Positions 57,897-64,000 of a DNA stretch of 64,000 nt are shown here, one piece after another. The translations under genes and the position numbers were made by a program. Origin of the DNA: Halieaceae bacterium (GTDB lineage Bacteria; Pseudomonadota; Gammaproteobacteria; Pseudomonadales; Halieaceae); the NCBI GenBank assembly GCA_042090345.1, contig JBELJN010000006.1, positions 11,923-75,922 of the forward strand, read 5' to 3'. The stretch's first letter is position 1, and every line of letters starts with the position of its first letter. The notes under the pieces are model-generated. The model made no database searches and was not told the DNA's origin. It saw only the letters and a list, made by a program, of their open reading frames with translations.

Positions 57897-60800
57897 TTAG
57901 TTAACCCAAACCCTCGCATTGCGAAAGAGACGCATCCAGCCTGAGTCTTCAGGCCATTCTTTTGGCGCCCATGACATTTGAACGGTTCGGAAAACGCGTT
58001 CCGGATGAGGCATCATGATGTTGACGCTTCCATCCGCATTACAAAGGCCCGTAATACCGTTCAAAGAGCCATTCGGGTTCGCTGGGAAGGCCTCTGTTTG
58101 CTGCCCGTGGTTATCGATGTAGCGCATAGAAACTCGTCCAGCGTTCTCGAGCTGAGCCGCTGACGCTGAGTCTCTGAATTGGGCCCGACCCTCGCCATGA
58201 GCGACCACAATCGGGAGTTCAGACCCTTCCATACCCGCCATCAAGATACTCGATGACTTTTCAACGCGGACCCGGACAAGCCGGGCTTCGTACTGTTCTG
58301 ACACATTGCGAGCAAAACGCGGCCAGTGCTCAGTCCCCGGTATGAGTGGCGCCAATGCCGATAACATTTGGCAACCGTTACAGACACCCAAGGCAAAGCT
58401 GTCGTCTCGCTCAAAAAATGCTTGGAATTGATCGCTCATTGCAGCGTCAAATAGGACCCCTTTCGCCCATCCCTCGCCTGCGCCAAGCACGTCACCGTAA
58501 GAGAAGCCGCCACACGCTGCGAGGCCTTTGAACTCGGTGAGCTGGCGTCTGCCCGACTTCAAGTCAGACATGTGCACATCAATCGATTCAAAACCCGCGC
58601 GATCAAATGCTGCGGCCATCTCAGCTTGCCCGTTGACGCCCTGCTCTCGCAAGATGGCAATCTTAGGTCTCACACCTGTCGCGATCATGGGGGCGGCTAC
58701 ATCCTCTGACGCGCTGAAGCTCAGCGAGGCACTCAAACCGAGGTTTGGAGCTACGATGTCAGCGTATTCTTGATCCGCGCACTCCGCGTTATCTCGATCA
58801 CGCTGGATGACAAAACTATTTTGAGCCCACAACTGCTGTAAGGCGCCTCGTCGGCTGTCGATCAACTCAAACGACGCGGTATTGACCACAACACGCTCAT
58901 CGAGTCGCGGTTTTGCGACAATGGAGGTGAGCGCATCCAATTGGTGTTGAGCGAGAATTGATTGGACGGTATCCAAGGTAGAATCCGCAACCTGAATCAC
59001 GACCCCAATCTCTTCACTAAACAAGGTCGAAACAGCCGCATCAACCTCTGCGTCGATTTGAACATCAAGCCCACATCTCGCGGCAAAGGCCATTTCCAAC
59101 AAGGCAACCAACAAGCCACCATCGGAACGATCGTGGTAGGCCTGAATGAGGCACTCAGACTTCAGCTCATTAATGGCCTCAAAGAGACATCGGACATCTT
59201 CTGGTGTGACATCAGGGACCGCATTTCCAAGCTGACCATAGGTTTGGGCCAGCACCGACCCGCCCAAGCGGTTTTCACCGCGACCCAAATCGATCAGTAA
59301 TAAGCTCGTCGCTTCATCACGCACTAATTCTGGGGTCAAAGTCTCGCGAGCATCACCCACCGGGGCAAAGGCGGAAACGATGAGCGAAACAGGTGCTGTG
59401 ACCGCTTTTGCCTCACCCGCTTCGTCCCATTGAGTGCGCATCGACATCGAGTCCTTACCTACTGGAATGGTCATTCCCAGGGCAGGACAAAACTCAAGAC
59501 CCACGGCTTTTACCGTGTCATAAAGAACAGCGTCATCACCGGAGTAACCTGCGGCACACATCCAGTTGGCGGACAACTTAATATCAGTCAGCGATTGTAC
59601 TGGCGATGCCAATATATTGGTCACGGCCTCAGCCACCGCAAGGCGCGCCGAGGCCGGACCATCGAGGGTCGCAACCGGCGTGCGCTCGCCCATGCTCATC
59701 GCTTCACCTAGGTGCGTATCGAGCGAGGCTGTCGTGACTGCCACATCTGCCACAGGCACCTGCCATGGTCCCACCATTTGGTCACGCGCAACCGTACCGG
59801 TTACCGAGCGATCACCAATCGTGATGAGAAAACTTTTACTGCCCACCGCTGGAAAAGTGAGAACGCGCTCTAGGGCATCTGCAATGGGCACGTTACCGTT
59901 AAAATCATCGACCGGTGGCGCAACACGCTGCGTTTCCCTATGCATCTTAGGTGGCTTACCAAAGAGCAAAGAGAGCGGCAGGTCGACAGGATTATTGTCG
60001 AACAACGTATCGCCCAATCGAAGGTGCTGTGCGTCGGTCGCTTCCCCCACGACGGCAAAAGGACAACGCTCTCGGATGCAAATTTCGCTGAAGGTGCTCA
60101 ATTGATCCGGATCGATCGCCATCACATAGCGCTCTTGGGATTCGTTGCACCAAATCTCGAGTGGGCTCATGCCTTTTTCGTCGCTCGGCACATTGCGGAG
60201 CTCGAAATTGCCCCCACAGCCACCGTCTTTTACAAGCTCTGGGAAGGCATTACTCAGACCACCCGCACCCACATCGTGAATAAAGGCAATGGGGTTATTT
60301 GCGCCACGCTCCCAGCAGCGATCGATGACTTCTTGGCAGCGACGCTGAATCTCCGGGTTCTGGCGCTGCACCGAGGCGAAGTCTAGGTCTTCGGTACTCG
60401 ATCCACTGGCCATGGAGGACGCCGCACCGCCGCCAAGCCCAATGAGCATCGCAGGACCGCCTAACACCACCAGCTTTGCTCCGGCAGAAAACGGCGGTTT
60501 ATCAACGTGCTCTTCTTTGATATTGCCAAAACCACCTGCGATCATAATCGGCTTGTGATAGCCCCGAACACCCTCGCTGGTAGCAACTTCAAACGTTCTA
60601 AAATACCCACCTAAGTTCGGTCGACCAAACTCGTTATTAAAGGCAGCAGCACCCAACGGACCCTCGGTCATTATTTGCTGCGGAGTCACTATCCGACCGG
60701 GCTTACCATAACCTGTCTCCCAGGGACGTTCGTACCCGGGCAAGTTGAGGTGAGAGACGGTGAAGCCGCATAGACCTGCTTTTGGCCGAGAGCCCCGACC

Positions 60801-61766
60801 TACCGCACCCTCGTCACGTATTTCACCGCCAGAGCCTGTGCCAGCCCCTGCGAATGGCGCAATCGCAGTCGGGTGATTATGTGTTTCAACTTTCATTAAG
60901 AGCGCTATCGGCTCTTCATGGAAGGTCCAGGACTGCGAGGCAGGCTCAGGATAAAAGCGACCAGCAGTGTGCCCTGCTACAACCGCTGCGTTATCGGAAT
61001 AGGCGGACAGCACTTGCTCCCCACCTTGCTGATACGTGTTCTTAATCATGCCGAACAGCGACCAGTCTTGATCGATCCCGTCAATGGTCCACGACGCATT
61101 AAAAATCTTATGTCGACAGTGCTCAGAGTTGGCCTGTGCGAACATCATCAGCTCGGTATCCGACGGGTCTCGCCCCAAAGCGGCAAACGCCTCTGCAAGG
61201 TAATCAATCTCATCCTCTGCCAACGCCAATCCTAAGTTGCCGTTGGCCTCGACCAAAGCCTCTCGGCCTGCTTCTATAACGGGCACTGAGGTGAGCGGTC
61301 GAGGTGAAACATCACTAAATAGCATCGAGAGGTCTTCATAAGACGCCATCACGGTCTCGACCATTCGATCATGCAATAAGGCCTTAAGCGCTCGCTGCTC
61401 AGTACACTGTTTCACACCCTCGATAACGTAAACAACGGCACGCTCGATTCGTTGCACGGCATCAAAATCGCAGTTATTGGCAATATTGGTCGCCTTGCTA
61501 GACCAGGGCGATATTGTCCCAATGCGCGGCGCCACAATGACTATATTGTCCTGTGTGAGCTCGTCTCCATGAGGCAGAGGTGTGGTTCCCGGCTGCAAAA
61601 GGGCCGCAAGCTGTTCGGCGTCAACCTCGCCCGTCGTTTCGACCGCGTAAACGAAAAACGCGCGTGTCAGTTTTAACGTTGAATCGTGCTGTGCTATCGC
61701 GTTCGATAGGCGCTTAAATCGGGGGGCTGACAGCGCGTCCGACCCGGGCAAGAGGAGCATGGGCAA
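57897..61766 (-). CDS. purL: Phosphoribosylformylglycinamidine synthase (single-chain large PurL)
   Basis: 1289 aa. The N-terminal domain, duplicated AIRS-like domains ([15 protein letters not shown]) and a C-terminal glutaminase with GVCNGCQM are present. Confidence 0.95.
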   Translation of the reverse strand: MPMLLLPGSDALSAPRFKRLSNAIAQHDSTLKLTRAFFVYAVETTGEVDAEQLAALLQPGTTPLPHGDELTQDNIVIVAPRIGTISPWSSKATNIANNCDFDAVQRIERAVVYVIEGVKQCTEQRALKALLHDRMVETVMASYEDLSMLFSDVSPRPLTSVPVIEAGREALVEANGNLGLALAEDEIDYLAEAFAALGRDPSDTELMMFAQANSEHCRHKIFNASWTIDGIDQDWSLFGMIKNTYQQGGEQVLSAYSDNAAVVAGHTAGRFYPEPASQSWTFHEEPIALLMKVETHNHPTAIAPFAGAGTGSGGEIRDEGAVGRGSRPKAGLCGFTVSHLNLPGYERPWETGYGKPGRIVTPQQIMTEGPLGAAAFNNEFGRPNLGGYFRTFEVATSEGVRGYHKPIMIAGGFGNIKEEHVDKPPFSAGAKLVVLGGPAMLIGLGGGAASSMASGSSTEDLDFASVQRQNPEIQRRCQEVIDRCWERGANNPIAFIHDVGAGGLSNAFPELVKDGGCGGNFELRNVPSDEKGMSPLEIWCNESQERYVMAIDPDQLSTFSEICIRERCPFAVVGEATDAQHLRLGDTLFDNNPVDLPLSLLFGKPPKMHRETQRVAPPVDDFNGNVPIADALERVLTFPAVGSKSFLITIGDRSVTGTVARDQMVGPWQVPVADVAVTTASLDTHLGEAMSMGERTPVATLDGPASARLAVAEAVTNILASPVQSLTDIKLSANWMCAAGYSGDDAVLYDTVKAVGLEFCPALGMTIPVGKDSMSMRTQWDEAGEAKAVTAPVSLIVSAFAPVGDARETLTPELVRDEATSLLLIDLGRGENRLGGSVLAQTYGQLGNAVPDVTPEDVRCLFEAINELKSECLIQAYHDRSDGGLLVALLEMAFAARCGLDVQIDAEVDAAVSTLFSEEIGVVIQVADSTLDTVQSILAQHQLDALTSIVAKPRLDERVVVNTASFELIDSRRGALQQLWAQNSFVIQRDRDNAECADQEYADIVAPNLGLSASLSFSASEDVAAPMIATGVRPKIAILREQGVNGQAEMAAAFDRAGFESIDVHMSDLKSGRRQLTEFKGLAACGGFSYGDVLGAGEGWAKGVLFDAAMSDQFQAFFERDDSFALGVCNGCQMLSALAPLIPGTEHWPRFARNVSEQYEARLVRVRVEKSSSILMAGMEGSELPIVVAHGEGRAQFRDSASAAQLENAGRVSMRYIDNHGQQTEAFPANPNGSLNGITGLCNADGSVNIMMPHPERVFRTVQMSWAPKEWPEDSGWMRLFRNARVWVN

Positions 61767-61850
61767 ATCCTACTATTGGAAGCGCGTATCATACCTTGCC
61801 TACGTCGCCGGGTGAATGTCCAAAGCAAAGATCTAGGCTACACTCGCGAC

Positions 61851-63269
61851 ATGAGACAGTGGCTATTGATCACAACTTTATACTTAACCGGCTGTGGCAA
61901 CCCGACCGTTCTAGACGCGTTTGCTCCCGGCAATGAGCTTGTTGTTATTACACGCAACGGGCCTACCACCTATTATTTAGGCGCCAATGAGCCGGCCGGA
62001 CTGGAATACGAGCTATTTCACGCTTTCGCAGACTCACAAGATATGACGCTTCGTATCAAGGTGGCGTCGACCATCGAGGAAGTTTTCGACACACTTGCTC
62101 GCGGGGAAGCGCATATCGCTGCGGCTGGCTTAACGCAATCAACTGCACGTGATCAGGTCTTTACCTCAACGAGACCCTATCTTGCCCAACATCCCGTCGT
62201 CGTCTATAAGGCAGGTCAGTTTAGACCTCGGGGTGTCGAGGATCTAACGGGGCTCGATATTGTCATTATGCAAGGCAGTCATCATAGAACACGCCTAAGC
62301 ATGCTCAGTGAGATGGATCCAGACGTTACCTACCGTGTACTCGAAACGGCCCAGTCCAGCGCTGTCCTGAGTGAGATAGAAGCGGACCAGGCTGACGTCG
62401 CGGTTCTAGACTCCGGTGAATTCTCAATGCAGCAACGGCTGTATCCGAGAGTGGCCAAAGCCTTTCAACTCAAAGAGACGCTCAACACAGTTTGGTATCT
62501 AGGGCTGGATGCAAGAGCCACCGCTTGGCAAGCCAAGATCAATGAATTTCTGGACAGTGCAGCTGCTGACGGCCGCCTTACCGATTTAGAAGATCGTTAT
62601 TTTGGCAGCGATGCCAATACGTCACGCATTGAGCTATTCACCTTTCAGCGTGCGGTGGAAAAAACACTGCCCAAGTGGCGCTCCCTCATAGAGTCAGTTG
62701 CTCAAGAATTCAGACTCGACTGGCAGCTACTGGCCGCTATCGCCTACCAAGAGTCACACTGGGACCCGATGGCTAAGTCGCCTACCGGTGTGCGCGGTAT
62801 GATGATGCTAACGCGTCCAACTGCGCGTGAGGTGGGTGTAAAAAACAGGCTAGACGCCGAACAAAGCCTTCGAGGAGGCGCGCGCTTTTTACGTAACCTA
62901 CTACGTCGCCTCCCAAACGACATTGAGCAGCCGGACCGAACGTGGATGGCATTGGCAGCCTACAATGTGGGTATGGCGCATCTCGAAGAAGCCCGGCGTT
63001 TAACCGAGGGGCATGGCGGAGATCCGCACCTTTGGCAAGACGTGCGAAAACACCTGCCGGATCTGCAAAATCCCGACATTTACCCCCATTTGAGGCATGG
63101 CTTTGCAAGAGGCAGAGAGGCGGTCACCTATGTCGACAACATACGGCATTACCAAGCGACCTTGGCGCTACAGGACATTCCATCGCAAACGATCTCGCAA
63201 CGACTAAACCTTGATGACCTGACTGCTAAAGCAAGCGATCTGCTTAACTGGACGCCGCTAAGCCTTTAA
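61851..63269 (+). CDS. mltF: Membrane-bound lytic murein transglycosylase F
   Basis: ATG 61851 gives the lipoprotein-like signal MRQWLLITTLYLTGCG. There is an SBP-3-like N-terminal domain and an SLT domain with AYQESHWDP and AAYNVG. Confidence 0.85.
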   Translation: MRQWLLITTLYLTGCGNPTVLDAFAPGNELVVITRNGPTTYYLGANEPAGLEYELFHAFADSQDMTLRIKVASTIEEVFDTLARGEAHIAAAGLTQSTARDQVFTSTRPYLAQHPVVVYKAGQFRPRGVEDLTGLDIVIMQGSHHRTRLSMLSEMDPDVTYRVLETAQSSAVLSEIEADQADVAVLDSGEFSMQQRLYPRVAKAFQLKETLNTVWYLGLDARATAWQAKINEFLDSAAADGRLTDLEDRYFGSDANTSRIELFTFQRAVEKTLPKWRSLIESVAQEFRLDWQLLAAIAYQESHWDPMAKSPTGVRGMMMLTRPTAREVGVKNRLDAEQSLRGGARFLRNLLRRLPNDIEQPDRTWMALAAYNVGMAHLEEARRLTEGHGGDPHLWQDVRKHLPDLQNPDIYPHLRHGFARGREAVTYVDNIRHYQATLALQDIPSQTISQRLNLDDLTAKASDLLNWTPLSL

Positions 63270-63731
63270 CGATCGGCGGGCTTTAAAGAATGCTTTAAGC
63301 TGCGCAGCACTCTCGTCGGCATACAAGCCTTCTGACCAAAGAACGCGATGGTTGAGGGCGTCGTTGTCGAGCGCCGACGCGGCGCTAATAACCGCACCGG
63401 CTTTGGGCTCTCTCGCGCCAAAAACAAGCCGCGATACACGCGCATGAACCATAACGCCACAACACATTGTGCAAGGCTCAAGTGTTACAAAGAGCTCACA
63501 ACCTGGCAGCCGATAATTTCCGACGGTTGCCGCCGCCGTGCGAAGCGCCAGCAGCTCTGCGTGTGCCGAAGGGTCGCTCAACGTAATCTGTTGATTACAA
63601 GCCTCGGCAACAACCTCATTGCCCATGACAACCACGGCGCCGACAGGCACCTCCCCAAGACGCGCTGCCCTGGACGCCTGTTCGAGGGCCCGGGACATAA
63701 ATTGCCGATCGCGTTCTGAAAACTCACTCAC
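63258..63731 (-). CDS. tadA: tRNA adenosine(34) deaminase TadA
   Basis: The deaminase zinc motifs HAELLAL and TLEPCTMCCGVM are present. Length is 157 aa. Confidence 0.95.
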   Translation of the reverse strand: MSEFSERDRQFMSRALEQASRAARLGEVPVGAVVVMGNEVVAEACNQQITLSDPSAHAELLALRTAAATVGNYRLPGCELFVTLEPCTMCCGVMVHARVSRLVFGAREPKAGAVISAASALDNDALNHRVLWSEGLYADESAAQLKAFFKARRSLKA

Positions 63732-63743
63732 AATGTCGGAGCC

Positions 63744-64000
63744 TTAAAGCGGCTCAGCGGTACAAAACCGCCAGCACAACATCGCGAGACTACTTCGGTA
63801 CGGTCTGTAATCCTCACCCATCGGCTTCAACTTACCCGCAGAGGGTCGCTCATCGAGTCCTTGAATGCGCCTAAACCCCTCACGAACGGCCAGATCACCA
63901 ACCGGCCAAATATCCGGTCTTCCGAGCGAAAACATGAGGTACATGTGGGCCGACCACTCGCCAAAACCCTTGATGCGCGTAATCACACTTGCCGCATCAT
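63744..64000 (-). CDS. HhH-GPD family DNA glycosylase (AlkA / 3-methyladenine glycosylase II-like); C-terminal part only, N-terminus lies beyond the window
   Basis: IKGFGEWSAHMYLMFSLGRPDIWPVGDLAVREG is the helix-hairpin-helix/GPD region with the catalytic Asp context. The ORF remains open to the window end. Confidence 0.7.
   Translation of the reverse strand, partial: DAASVITRIKGFGEWSAHMYLMFSLGRPDIWPVGDLAVREGFRRIQGLDERPSAGKLKPMGEDYRPYRSSLAMLCWRFCTAEPL

Noticed and set aside
59566-60386. ORFs of 179 aa and 148 aa on the plus strand inside purL.
   Set aside because: They are antisense to a strongly conserved purL coding region and have shadow-ORF composition (rich in R, S, A and T).
1-64000. 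I looked for CRISPR arrays, rRNA, integrases, transposases, phage genes, toxin-antitoxin pairs, reverse transcriptases and known defence-system genes.
   Set aside because: No repeat-spacer periodicity is visible. No gap exceeds about 345 bp. Every large ORF has a recognisable housekeeping or metabolic identity, and none resembles a recombinase, nuclease-helicase defence protein or RT. Apart from the 28.0-29.2 kb cluster, the window looks like core chromosome.

Overview
This window is mostly conserved housekeeping chromosome from a gammaproteobacterium. Gene content and order suggest a marine Cellvibrionales- or Pseudomonas-like lineage, but that is inference only.

About 55 protein genes are packed tightly with very little non-coding DNA. 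The recognisable blocks are:
- A TonB-dependent receptor, ubiX, tRNA-Ala(GGC) and gltX.
- A YejABEF/Opp-like peptide ABC importer.
- phoD, dusA, mlaA, hrpA, fadD, mnmC, a glutaminyl cyclase and a PreP-like M16 protease.
- A cobalamin-riboswitch-controlled btuB-cobO operon.
- An HxlR regulator with a class II aldolase, and aceA.
- A long collinear block: der-bamB-yfgM-hisS-ispG-pilW-rlmN-ndk-fdx-hscA-hscB-iscA-iscU-iscS-iscR-trmJ, then suhB, secF-secD, purL, mltF and tadA.

I found no CRISPR array, rRNA, integrase, transposase, phage module or recognisable defence-system gene.

The most unusual locus is at 28.0-29.2 kb. It holds a stand-alone, catalytically intact C39 (double-glycine) peptidase with no ABC exporter anywhere in the window. 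Directly upstream on the same strand sit two tiny ORFs with perfect Shine-Dalgarno sites: an 85-aa signal-peptide protein and a 78-aa two-TM protein. A GC-only hairpin follows the first small ORF. I interpret this as a possible non-canonical peptide-maturation module.

The second candidate is a cysteine-free six-TM protein of unknown family, translationally coupled behind btuB-cobO under the B12 riboswitch.

Smaller observations are:
- A perfect in-frame 18-bp tandem duplication in mnmC.
- A G9 tract at the ribosome-binding position of an SLC13 permease.
- Several abutting or overlapping convergent gene ends.
- Small genes missing from the otherwise conserved der-to-secD block.

All functional calls come from reading the translated ORFs against remembered family motifs. 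No database search was run.
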